From the NCBI RefSeq assembly GCF_048403405.1, contig NZ_CP183129.1: a DNA stretch of 64,000 bases; one strand, written 5' to 3'. Made by a program: the position numbers and the translations under genes. Under the pieces are notes generated by a model. The model saw only the letters and a program-made list of their open reading frames with translations. It had not been told where the DNA came from and ran no database searches. This stretch comes from Escherichia coli. Its GTDB lineage: Bacteria; Pseudomonadota; Gammaproteobacteria; Enterobacterales; Enterobacteriaceae. Of this stretch, positions 31,855-42,200 are shown piece after piece (the stretch's first letter is position 1; every line of letters begins with the position of its first letter).

Positions 31855-32978
31855 TGCGCCATTTACGCAATATTTTTAATCTGGGTATCAAAGAGTTGCG
31901 CAGTTTGCTCGGTGATAAAGCGATGCTGACGCTGATTGTCTTCTCGTTTACGGTGTCGGTGTATTCGTCAGCGACCGTTACGCCAGGATCGTTGAACCTC
32001 GCGCCGATCGCCATTGCCGATATGGATCAATCGCAGTTATCGAACAGGATCGTTAACAGCTTCTATCGCCCGTGGTTTTTGCCACCGGAGATGATCACCG
32101 CCGATGAGATGGATGCCGGGCTGGACGCCGGACGCTATACCTTCGCGATAAATATTCCGCCTAATTTTCAGCGTGATGTCCTCGCCGGACGCCAGCCAGA
32201 TATTCAGGTGAACGTCGATGCCACGCGCATGAGCCAGGCATTTACCGGCAATGGGTATATCCAGAATATTATCAACGGTGAAGTGAACAGCTTTGTCGCG
32301 CGCTACCGTGATAATAGCGAACCGTTGGTATCGCTGGAAACCCGGATGCGCTTTAACCCGAACCTCGATCCCGCGTGGTTTGGCGGGGTGATGGCGATCA
32401 TCAACAACATTACTATGCTGGCGATTGTATTGACCGGATCGGCGCTGATCCGCGAGCGTGAACACGGCACGGTGGAACACTTACTGGTGATGCCGATAAC
32501 GCCGTTTGAGATCATGATGGCGAAGATCTGGTCGATGGGGCTGGTGGTGCTGGTGGTATCGGGATTATCGCTGGTGCTGATGGTAAAAGGCGTGCTGGGC
32601 GTACCGATTGAAGGCTCGATCCCGCTGTTTATGCTGGGCGTGGCGCTCAGTCTGTTTGCCACCACGTCAATCGGCATTTTTATGGGGACGATAGCGCGTT
32701 CAATGCCGCAACTGGGGCTGCTGGTGATTCTGGTGCTGCTGCCGCTGCAAATGCTTTCCGGTGGATCCACGCCGCGCGAAAGTATGCCGCAGATGGTGCA
32801 GGACATTATGCTGACCATGCCGACGACACACTTTGTTAGCCTCGCGCAGGCCATCCTCTACCGGGGTGCCGGATTCGAAATCGTCTGGCCGCAGTTCCTG
32901 ACGCTGATGGCAATTGGCGGCGCGTTTTTCACCATCGCACTGCTGCGATTCAGGAAGACGATTGGGACAATGGCGTAA
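31854..32978 (+). CDS. yhhJ: ABC-2 family transporter permease YhhJ
   Basis: Track ORF trimmed to [18 protein letters not shown].. (374 aa); its ATG overlaps the rbbA TGA (atga); polytopic membrane protein. Confidence 0.9.
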   Translation: MRHLRNIFNLGIKELRSLLGDKAMLTLIVFSFTVSVYSSATVTPGSLNLAPIAIADMDQSQLSNRIVNSFYRPWFLPPEMITADEMDAGLDAGRYTFAINIPPNFQRDVLAGRQPDIQVNVDATRMSQAFTGNGYIQNIINGEVNSFVARYRDNSEPLVSLETRMRFNPNLDPAWFGGVMAIINNITMLAIVLTGSALIREREHGTVEHLLVMPITPFEIMMAKIWSMGLVVLVVSGLSLVLMVKGVLGVPIEGSIPLFMLGVALSLFATTSIGIFMGTIARSMPQLGLLVILVLLPLQMLSGGSTPRESMPQMVQDIMLTMPTTHFVSLAQAILYRGAGFEIVWPQFLTLMAIGGAFFTIALLRFRKTIGTMA

Positions 32979-33079
32979 TTACAGTTGCCCGATGCGTAAG
33001 CTTATAGGGGCTACGCATTGGTGCAATTTATTGAATTTTAGTTTTTTTTAGGCCGGATAAGGCGTTTATGAACTGACCA

Positions 33080-33566
<487 letters not shown>

Positions 33567-33895
33567 TTTGTTCTCCTTAATTATGTAAGGAGTATTTGAT
33601 CATGTATAAGCAATGGAAAACAGCTTTAGGTAATAAGGAATATCTCAATTATTGAATATTTAGTGCGAATTATTTAGTACAAAAAAGCAGCGTTGCGTGA
33701 TCTTTCCCTGCCCTTTATTCATAAACACATGGATATGGTGATCAACGGTGGTCTGATGGAGGCGCAGAGCCTGAGTAATCATGACTGAATTTCAGCCTTC
33801 AGAAGCCAGAAAAATGGCTTTAATACAATCGCAGCCCCGCTTTTCACAACATTATGCTTATAATATGAAAAATATCTTGCCTTGCATCTTTGTGC

Positions 33896-34375
33896 CTACG
33901 GCATTGGATGATCTTTCCCTAACCTTATAGTTTCTTTTAGCCTTTCAAGCCTTAGCAATTCAACCTCGGCTTTAATATAGCCATGTGAGGCAGCCATTTT
34001 CAGCCAATTAATTGCATTATCTAAATTATAATATTTTAAATAGGAATCATCCTCCTCTGAGGATAGAATCATAGCATAATTATATTGCGCTATGATATTT
34101 CCTTGAGATGCAGACCTTGCCAGATATTTAATTTGCTTGGGTATATTAAAGCAAACATATGTATAATATTGATGTAATCGATATGACGCATCACCATCCC
34201 CGCCCTCAGATTTAATATCAAGTTCATATCTTTGATTTTCACTTAAATTAAACGATTCAGATGTTGAGCTTATTTCAATGTTATGGAGCTTAATAGGGGG
34301 GGGGATTTCACCTCCATATGAACAACAAGAGAAAAAGAAAACATTTGCAATCAGAATAAATAAAAAGCACTTCAT
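33896..34375 (-). CDS. Sel1-like repeat protein with N-terminal signal sequence; candidate immunity protein for the adjacent orphan Rhs toxin domain
   Basis: 159-aa ORF with hydrophobic N-terminus (MKCFLFILIANVFFFSCCS) and Sel1-like repeats (..AINWLKMAASHGYIKAEVELL..); starts 13 nt after the orphan Rhs C-terminal reading frame ends, with an SD-like aaaggtgg upstream. Confidence 0.55.
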   Translation of the reverse strand: MKCFLFILIANVFFFSCCSYGGEIPPPIKLHNIEISSTSESFNLSENQRYELDIKSEGGDGDASYRLHQYYTYVCFNIPKQIKYLARSASQGNIIAQYNYAMILSSEEDDSYLKYYNLDNAINWLKMAASHGYIKAEVELLRLERLKETIRLGKDHPMP

Positions 34376-34388
34376 GTTGCCACCTTTG

Positions 34389-35385
34389 TTATTTTATATC
34401 ACTTGGTCTCATAACTTTGCCAGGAGTGGAAGAAATGGGTTGACCTGAAGGTCCAAACGTTATCCAGCGGCCCATATTATTACCAGTTATGACATTATTA
34501 CTTGTGTCAATTGCCGAGATATTATCCGTAAGTCCTGTTTGGATCGTATTAAAAAGAGGAGTATTATTATCCCACGCCATCCATACTTGCCATTGTGTAT
34601 CAGCTCCAGTGACATTTGCATGAAGTGCTCTGGCTAACTTGCTGGCAAAAGATTTATCTCCCTCTCTGGCTGTACCACATGAGAATAATCAAACAGACAT
34701 TCCCTTTTTATAGCGTGGATTAGCTCTGATTCTCTTGGCTAATCCCTCAGCAGTTTCATAGTTTCCATTTTCATCTGTAATAAAACCAGGATATCCATGT
34801 CCTCCAATAGTAAAAACGCCAGGAATATTTATTTTATCTGTTGCAGCATGCAGTGATACATTTCTGCGTATCCCCTCATCATAGAAATTCATATCAGCTA
34901 ATCCAAAAGGGTCTATATACTGAACCGGATTCAACGGATACTCATAAAAATTCCATCCCCCCTTCAGCCCAATCGAATCCTGAGTGATATACCTCCCCTG
35001 CAGCGGGTCATAATAGCGGTGGCGGTTGTAATACAGGCCGGACTCCTCATCATACTGCTGACCCGGCAGGCGGATGAGTTGCTGCAGCTGTTGCGGGTTC
35101 TCTTCATTCAGCAGGTTGCCCCATTCATCGTATTCTGCGCACCATTCTGTTGCCCCTTCCGTGCTGATAAGCACCAGCGGCAGGCCGCGATGGTCGCAGT
35201 GGTACAGGTGGATTTTTCGCGCCGGCGTGTACACCGGGTCCATCTGGTTTTGCATCTGCTTCACCGTCAGGCCGCACGATGCCAGCCAGCGGCGGCTTTC
35301 CTCACTCACCCGGTCAGCCAGGATTTCACTTTCCAGCCGGTCGAGCATCTGCACCGTGCCGGCGGGAATCCCCCACTGTGCATAG
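34389..35385 (-). pseudogene. Orphan Rhs module: about 150 codons of Rhs core 3' end, then an alternative C-terminal toxin domain interrupted by one in-frame TGA
   Basis: Track ORFs 34689..35354 (221 aa, GTG start) and 34389..34580 (63 aa) are in the same frame, separated by a single TGA at 34689-34691 (..[19 protein letters not shown]..). N-terminal part is near-identical to the main Rhs core end ([42 protein letters not shown]); sequence after the DPxGL-type motif is unrelated to the main Rhs C-terminus. Confidence 0.7.
34893..35385. repeat. About 0.49-kb direct repeat of the main rhs 3' core region (39747..40240)
   Basis: Near-identical nucleotide stretch (for example ..ccggttcagtatatagacccttttggattagc.. 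against ..ccggttcagtatatagattcaatgggactggc.., then long runs of identity through ..gtcgagcatctgcacc..); the same sequence is read antisense by track ORFs 35019..35528 and 39940..40434. Confidence 0.8.
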
Positions 35386-35395
35386 GCAACTCACG

Positions 35396-36238
35396 CTATG
35401 AACGCTTCAGCTTATCAATAGCGGAAGTTATAATTTCATTGTCATCAAACTTGTACAACATAGTATCTAAAACAGGAAGTAGCGTTTTATCACCTAATTC
35501 ACCCGCAGCTTCAATGATATCATCATAAACAGTATTTTTTTTTAACTCATCGCATAAAACAGATAAAATCCTTTTATCTTTTCTGTAGGAAAGTCCGATT
35601 ATTGCTTCAATACGGACTTCCTCATTTTTATCCTGAAGCATCTCCACAAAACAATCCCTAATATCACTATTATCATATTTATTGATATTTATTGCAAATG
35701 CGGCCCAGTTTCTGACATCTCCATTTGGATCTTTTAACAGATTAATCAATAGTGGAATTGTTGCTTTATCATTGATAACAGAAATAGCAAATGCTGTAGC
35801 ACGTCTGACATTAGTCGATTTATCAAAAGCAGTAATTTGAGATTGTTCTACTATTTTAGGTGAATAAATTGGGTTTTTCTTGCATCGCTGAGCCGTTGAC
35901 TCGATTGCCGTAGCTCGAACGCAAGCGCTCTTATCATTCAATGCCATATTGTTCAAAATATTAAACACATTATCTTTGCATTTTTTGCAAATTTTTATTT
36001 GCCCGAGTATAAATGCTCCGATATCTCTACGGATATAATTTTTATCAGAGCAGAACTCAATTGCCAATCTAACAGCGTCTTGACCACCTCTTAACTGTAA
36101 TACTCTGGCAGATGAAATCCTTTTCAAGGAATTGTGATCATCAAGTAAGCGAAATAATTCATCATCATTTAGTTTCTTACATTGATTATATAAACCATAC
36201 TCTTTACTTGCCTTTCTTTTCTGGTATGTATTTGACAT
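35396..36238 (-). CDS. HEAT-repeat protein (YibA-like, PBS-lyase HEAT-type repeats)
   Basis: Track ORF trimmed to MSNTYQKRKASKEYG.. (280 aa); repeated ..DxxVRxxAxxALG..-like helical repeats (NDKSACVRATAIES, DKSTNVRRATAFAIS, DPNGDVRNWAAFAIN, DKNEEVRIEAIIGLS). Resembles, from memory, the yibA gene that follows rhsA in K-12. Confidence 0.7.
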   Translation of the reverse strand: MSNTYQKRKASKEYGLYNQCKKLNDDELFRLLDDHNSLKRISSARVLQLRGGQDAVRLAIEFCSDKNYIRRDIGAFILGQIKICKKCKDNVFNILNNMALNDKSACVRATAIESTAQRCKKNPIYSPKIVEQSQITAFDKSTNVRRATAFAISVINDKATIPLLINLLKDPNGDVRNWAAFAININKYDNSDIRDCFVEMLQDKNEEVRIEAIIGLSYRKDKRILSVLCDELKKNTVYDDIIEAAGELGDKTLLPVLDTMLYKFDDNEIITSAIDKLKRS

Positions 36239-36342
36239 TGCAGGAACCTCCATAAAGACTATCTTTTTCTATCGTTTGACTGTCTGGAGTCCTCCACCTA
36301 CTCTGCCATCAGCACACACGATGTTTGTTTATCCTTACATAC

Positions 36343-36570
36343 TTATTTTCCGTGGCCAAAATTTAGAATTCTCCCGTCATTTTTGCCTATTTCTATAATA
36401 AAAACCCTACCAGCAATTTGGTCTGATTCAATGGTGCCTTCAACAATCCAACTTGTTGGTAATTCCATGATTTTGTATGGTTTTTCTTCTTCTGCGGCAT
36501 CATGCCCATAACGATTTTTAACATACATCTCAGCTAATTCCAATGCTATAGCTTTATTTTTACCAAATTT
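36343..36570 (-). pseudogene. N-terminally truncated paralog of the 38207..38554 secreted protein (Rhs-associated immunity-like family)
   Basis: Reading frame opens at a stop at about 36571 and uses a TTG start in the track; ..AIALELAEMYVKNRYGHDAAEEEKPYKIMELPTSWIVEG.. aligns with ..EMALELSYVYIKYIYGKEKAEFQKPYSITDDNNCWKIEG.. of the 115-aa protein but lacks its signal peptide and N-terminal region. Confidence 0.5.
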
Positions 36571-36689
36571 CTAACGGTGTATTTCCCCTCACATTCATAC
36601 TTGCGCATTATAATAATATTATTACACTGCGCCCATGTGTTGTATGTAAAAACAAAGATACAATCACATAGGTTCTGAATAATATTTTC

Positions 36690-37067
36690 TTATACGTTGT
36701 AATGTATTTTGCAAACATTAGACAATCCTTTTCCATTTATTATATCTTTCCCATGATTATCTATTGCTTTAAAATTTTCACCTATTGACCTTGAATTACT
36801 ACAATCACTTCCAGTGAAATCTGAGTTATTCAGAATAGCATTCATCAGAGCCGCATTGTGAAAGACAGCATTTCTAGTTGATGTATGTTGAATCATTACA
36901 TTTCTTAAATGAGTTTTTTCAAATTTCGCCCCATCAAGACAATAACCATTGAGGGTGGCACGATGTAGATTCATCCCGCTAAAATCATATCCAGCAAGAG
37001 TGGTACTATCTATCTCAAGAAATTTATTGGTTATTAAAAATGCGATTCTTATCATCTGTTCCTCCAA
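36690..37067 (-). CDS. Pentapeptide-repeat protein (candidate orphan immunity protein)
   Basis: 125-aa ORF with tandem pentapeptide-type repeats (..LAGYDFSGMNLHRATLNGYCLDGAKFEKTHLRNVMIQHTSTRNAVFHNAALMNAILNNSDFTGSDCSN..); AT-rich. Confidence 0.55.
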   Translation of the reverse strand: MEEQMIRIAFLITNKFLEIDSTTLAGYDFSGMNLHRATLNGYCLDGAKFEKTHLRNVMIQHTSTRNAVFHNAALMNAILNNSDFTGSDCSNSRSIGENFKAIDNHGKDIINGKGLSNVCKIHYNV

Positions 37068-37303
37068 TCATCTAACTCCTGAAAAATTTGAAAACCAGAA
37101 CCTCGCTTAGGCCTGTGTCCATACTACGTGGGTAGGATTATTCTGCGTACTACGCTGTTGTCCCTTACGTGCTGATAAGGGCTGGCAGGTTTCCGGCTTG
37201 CTTCGTTGAGTTCACTACGCTAAAGCTCCGTGTCCACATAACCCAGCTCGGAGGCATGACCTTCTCTGGTTCGTTCCATCTAAAATGTCTATAACTGACA
37301 TGG

Positions 37304-37624
37304 TTATTCAATTATTTTTTCTTTGAGTTTATTCTCAATCCAGCGGTCTTTATACCTGATGAGAATTTGACATTCACCAATATTATCAATGTCACCAACA
37401 TTTGTGTTTCGAATTTGACCAACAGCAACTATAGTTGATTCAAAACATTCAACATTGACTTTATCTGTTATTATTGAAACTATATAATCATCTGGAATGG
37501 AGCCATTAGGTATTATATTAAAGAAAGTAACATCGGTAAATACTAAATAACCATTTTCTAAGTCTTCATTATTATAAAAATTCCATTCTGTTGTACCATA
37601 GGCTATCCTTGAGATTAAATTCAC
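37304..37624 (-). CDS. Hypothetical 106-aa protein in Rhs-associated array (possible orphan immunity gene)
   Basis: ORF only; AT-rich; lies just downstream (minus strand) of a degraded Rhs core fragment; no recognisable motif. Confidence 0.35.
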   Translation of the reverse strand: MNLISRIAYGTTEWNFYNNEDLENGYLVFTDVTFFNIIPNGSIPDDYIVSIITDKVNVECFESTIVAVGQIRNTNVGDIDNIGECQILIRYKDRWIENKLKEKIIE

Positions 37625-37744
37625 CTGAATTCTAATTTGTTTGCTCCATAAATCAAATTCAATTTTTTTATTGGTCGATCACCAAGATATATTCTATCAA
37701 ACATATTACCCTCTATTCTAAAAATACTCAGGCATTCCACACAT

Positions 37745-38010
37745 TATATCAGCCTCATCTTGACTGCTTCCCGTTTCCCGATACGGCGGTGCGGGGAGTC
37801 ATAAAGGTAAGAAATTTCCAGCAGTACGGCGTCCTATTGTTCACGGCGGTAATGCACCAGCCAGTATTGGCTATCGTAGTGATAACCGTGTAATCTGCCG
37901 CCGCATCGCGTATCTAATGTTCATTCTTTTCCATAAACCGTCCGTACACATTGTGATAGTAAAAATACAATACATCTTCGCTGATGCGGTTATTCTGCTG
38001 CATGTGGGAA
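37745..38010 (-). pseudogene. Degraded Rhs core fragment (frameshifted, stop-containing vestige)
   Basis: Minus-strand translation across frames gives ..NNRISEDVLYFYYHNVYGRFMEK.. then, after a frameshift, ..YHYDSQYWLVHYRREQ..ISYLYDSPHRRIGKREAVK, paralleling the main Rhs ..[57 protein letters not shown]. Track ORF 37871..38074 is a frame artefact of this vestige. Confidence 0.55.
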
Positions 38011-38206
38011 GCGCCGAATACTGCTCCCGGTATGGCCAGTAATTACTATTTAGTACGACGTTAGGGGGAGTCACTTAATCTCACAGATACTTCAAGTAAC
38101 AGATGAAAATCGCTCCTGAAATGAAAAAGAAATTTTTTTGAATGTGTTCCTGTCAAATCAAGTGGTTTTTTCGTCGATATGTAGAGTCATATTGTACACA
38201 AAATAG

Positions 38207-38554
38207 TTATGAAACACACCTTGGTAAAATATTTGAATCGTCTGAACAGTGGATTATTTTGTGTATTACATCCAACGCTTGCCCATCTTTTTTCGCTATT
38301 AGTATTGTAAAATTTCCTCCTAACGTCTTCGGTTGTTTTCCCTCGATTTTCCAACAATTATTGTCATCTGTAATACTATATGGTTTCTGAAATTCTGCTT
38401 TTTCTTTCCCGTATATATATTTAATATAAACATATGATAATTCCAAAGCCATTTCACGACTATTTACTAAAATTTCCACTGAATTTTCTTTTCCAAATAC
38501 TGAGTGTGATATTGTAAACAATATCATAATAAGTAATATTAGTGAGTTTCTCAT
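38207..38554 (-). CDS. Small secreted protein of an Rhs-associated immunity-like family
   Basis: 115-aa ORF with signal peptide (MRNSLILLIMILFTISHSVFG); paralogous to the truncated ORF at 36343..36570. Confidence 0.5.
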   Translation of the reverse strand: MRNSLILLIMILFTISHSVFGKENSVEILVNSREMALELSYVYIKYIYGKEKAEFQKPYSITDDNNCWKIEGKQPKTLGGNFTILIAKKDGQALDVIHKIIHCSDDSNILPRCVS

Positions 38555-38722
38555 GCTCTACACCTATCGAATCTCAAAAGTTGTGGGTAAAACATTACAT
38601 TCAGAATATATGATATTCTTACCATCGGAATCCATTTTTCCAAATCGACCTTCTGGTGTTCCTGGATACCCATTAAGAACATATTTTTTCGAATAGTTAA
38701 TTTATTTTCTCAGGAAGAGATT

Positions 38723-39292
38723 TTATTTTTCTTCACTACGAAGCAGTTCATGCTGTACTTTTGTTAAACATTCGTAAGACTCATCTTTGTTCGGGAGATG
38801 TGCTGTCATTCGAGCATAAGTTGGCTTCTCATCTTTAAAATATTTAACCATGATTGAATTATCAAGGACTGCCAACAACTGAGCTGGATCACTGCTCTTT
38901 TTTTGATAGATACCCGCTCTTATATAACTTCTAAACCGATCGCCGAGAAACGCCGTTTTTTCTGCTGTATTTAGCAACTCCTGCAACGTTCCTTTGGTTG
39001 CATGATTTTCATTAAGGCGTAGTGATCCGACGCGAATTAAGAGTCTCGCCCCGCTTGGTGTGAATTTGTTATTTTTACATATACCAAGTTCTGTTTGCCA
39101 ATAATACTCACCTATGTCCTCATTCTGATACCATCTCCACATGGTTTTATTATTTAAGACAGGAAACGCGGAAAAAATAGTACCCTTAGTGAAAATGGTA
39201 AAGCAATCTTGATCTTTAGCTTGTGTTTCGCAATTAGCTATAACACCAAAACTAACGAATATCATCAGCAAAAAGAACAAAGCTCTTTTCAT
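38723..39292 (-). CDS. Candidate cognate immunity protein for the main Rhs C-terminal toxin domain (secreted, signal peptide)
   Basis: 189-aa ORF whose ATG overlaps the rhs TGA (minus-strand ATGA at 39289-39292), typical toxin-immunity translational coupling; N-terminal signal peptide [21 protein letters not shown]-rich. Confidence 0.6.
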   Translation of the reverse strand: MKRALFFLLMIFVSFGVIANCETQAKDQDCFTIFTKGTIFSAFPVLNNKTMWRWYQNEDIGEYYWQTELGICKNNKFTPSGARLLIRVGSLRLNENHATKGTLQELLNTAEKTAFLGDRFRSYIRAGIYQKKSSDPAQLLAVLDNSIMVKYFKDEKPTYARMTAHLPNKDESYECLTKVQHELLRSEEK

Positions 39293-42200
39293 TTTCTTAT
39301 TCCTCTCGATGTTCTCTGTTTCATTTTAGCTAAAATTTCACCCAAATCATCTATCCCTGCTGTTGCTGGCCCATCGGGTTTATTAATGTCTGGGAATAAA
39401 TAGGGTTCTGCACAAGTATATCCTGGTGGTAATTGAGTTGTTGGCCAAGTTGTCTGTGGCAGGTAATCACTTGCTGTCTTTGTCTCCATCCCTGGATACT
39501 GGGGATCATCCTGCGGCGTACAAGTCAGATTGGGTTTTACCCACTTCCTGCAATACAGTGTGTAATCGTAAGGACTTAATGCTCTGAAGAATGTTTTGAA
39601 AACATTAGGCGCACTACTGGCCTGGTCAATAGGATATGGCAGTCTTAATTGTTTCGCTATGTCTGGCAACTTACTTGGATCGGGCGTAGGCGGTTTGTTG
39701 GGTCTCGCTCCATATCCGCCATTATTTAAGTGTCCATATTTAGATGCCAGTCCCATTGAATCTATATACTGAACCGGATTTAACGGATACTGATAAAAAT
39801 TCCATCCCCCCTTCAGTCCAATCGGATCCTGAGTGATATACCGCCCCTGCAGCGGGTCATAATAGCGGTGGCGGTTGTAATACAGGCCTGACTCCTCATC
39901 ATACTGCTGACCCGGCAGGCGGATGAGCTGCTGCAGCTGGTGCGGGTTATCCTCACTCAGCTGGTTACCCCATTCATCGTATTCTGCGTACCATTCTGTT
40001 GCCCCTTCCGTGCTGACAAGCGCCAGCGGCAGGCCGCGATGGTCGCAGTGGTACAGGTGGATTTTTCGCGCCGGCGTGTACACCGGGTCCATCTGGTTTT
40101 GCATCTGCTCCACCGTCAGGCCGCACGATGCCAGCCAGCGGCGGCTTTCCTCACTCACCCGGTCAGCCAGGATTTCACTTTCCAGCCGGTCGAGCATCTG
40201 CACCAGCACCGGCGGGAACACCACACTGCCACCGTCTTCGCCGCCGGACTGCTGAAGCGCATCCGCCAGGCTGCGGCGCTGCGTTTTCGCCAGCTCACCG
40301 GTGGCGGTTTCGACCCTGATGAGTGGCGTGAAGCTCCCCGGCTGATAAACCGTCTGGATGCGGGTTCTGTCGTTCTGTATCGTGGTCAGCCGGTCGCCGT
40401 CCCAGCCGTACCAGGTCACTTCCGGTTTCCGTGACAGCGACATCCAGCCCGTCAGGTCCCGTTCACGCCGCCACACCCGTTTTGCCACCCTGCGGCCCAG
40501 CGGGTCGTAAAGATAGCGACTTTCGACCAGCGGCTCTGCATATTGTGTCCGCGTGTAGTGCACCAGCCGGTGCTGACTGTCGTAATGGTACCGGTGAGTC
40601 CGCTCATCATCCGTGCGGATAACCCCTTCCGGGATGAGGTCGGTTTTCTCCGTCAGCCTGCCGTGACGGTCATACCGGTAAAGATAGTGCGCGTCACGGG
40701 CGATACGGTTATCCGGCCACATGCTGAGGGTGCTGTCCGGGTGCAGCTCCGGGTCGGGCAGGCGGTTACCTGCCGGGTCTGTGGCATACGGGATGCGGAT
40801 ATCCAGATTCGCTGCCGTGGTGTGGACGCCGGTCAGCCTGCCGGAGTCGCTGTAGCTGTAACTCCGGGTCTGTCGCGGGCTGCTGATGCGGATGAGTTCG
40901 CCGTTGTCGTTCCAGGTGTAATCGCGGTCATACTGCAGGCTGTTCAGGTGCTGGCTCTGTAACTGCCCGGCAGAGGTGTAAGCGGTGGTGAGTTCATAAC
41001 GGCCGAAGCTGCGCAGCGTTTCCCGGTGCAGGCGGTCGCGGGTGAAATCCACCAGCGGTGTGTCGCCGAGTTTCATGCCTGACAGCCAGCCGCTGCCGTA
41101 GGTCAGCCATTCCACGGCGGGCAGGCTGTCCGGTATACAGCGGTTCGCCAGTCCCTGCGCGTTGTACGCATGTCTGGTTTCATGCTGCCAGAGCAGTGCT
41201 TCCGTCTGCGGGTGATGCACCGTCTGGCGCTCACCGGTCAGGCGGCCTTTCTCATCATACCCGTAATGCACCGTCACCCGGTGGCCTTCGCTGAGATGGC
41301 TGATGCCTGTCAGCCAGCCGCGTTCGTCGTACCGCCACTGTTCTGCGGTTTCACCATTCACCGTTCGCTGTGTGATGCGGTCTGCTTCGTCATAGTGCCA
41401 GTGGGTGACCAGCCCCTCATCCTCGCTGCGGATAAGTTTGCCGGTCAGGTCGTGGTGATAACGCTGTGTGCGGCCGTCAAAGCCGGTTTCCTGTATCAGC
41501 CGGTCAAGTACATCGTAACGGAAGGTGGTGTGGCTGCCGTTTTCACTGGTCAGGCGGATGACCCGCCCGGCAGCATCGTATTCCATACTGCGCGTCAGAC
41601 CGCCCTGCGTGGTACGGATGGCCTTTCCCCACGCATCGTACTGTGTCCCGTTTCTGCTGTCGTCCGGGGCAATGACGGCGGTCAGGTCACCGGCGGCGTT
41701 GTATTCATACCGCGTTTCATGGCCCTGCATGTCTTTCACCGCAATTAACTGTCCACGGCTGTCGTATGCGCGGTACTGGCTCAGGCCTTCCTCGCGGTGC
41801 ACCGTCGTCACCTGACCAAAACGGTCATGGTCATAGCGGGTTACATAACCGGAACAGTCGGTAAAGCTCAGCAACTGACCGTAACGGCTCCACGTCATGG
41901 TTTTCCGGCTGCCGGTGGCATCTTCCGTTGCGCAGGGGAAGTCACTGTGTGGATTATCATAACGGTAGCGGGTGATATCGCCGTCAGGGGCGGTTTCCTG
42001 AATCAGACGGCCGGATTCATCATATTTGCGGCGCAACTCCAGCCCGTCAGTCCCGGTGGCTGACGTTAACTGGTTGTGGTGGTTATAGTAAAATGCCGAT
42101 GCCCTGCCATCCGGTGTGGTGATGCGCGTGATGAGTCCCGTCACCACATCCGGGCTGTACTCAGTCGTCCGGCCTGCGGCATCCGTCTGTGCCTTAAGCC

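Noticed and set aside
37250-37290. tRNA-like T-arm motif (tggttcgttcc)
   Set aside because: Only a short T-loop-like motif; no acceptor stem, anticodon arm or CCA context, so not a tRNA gene.
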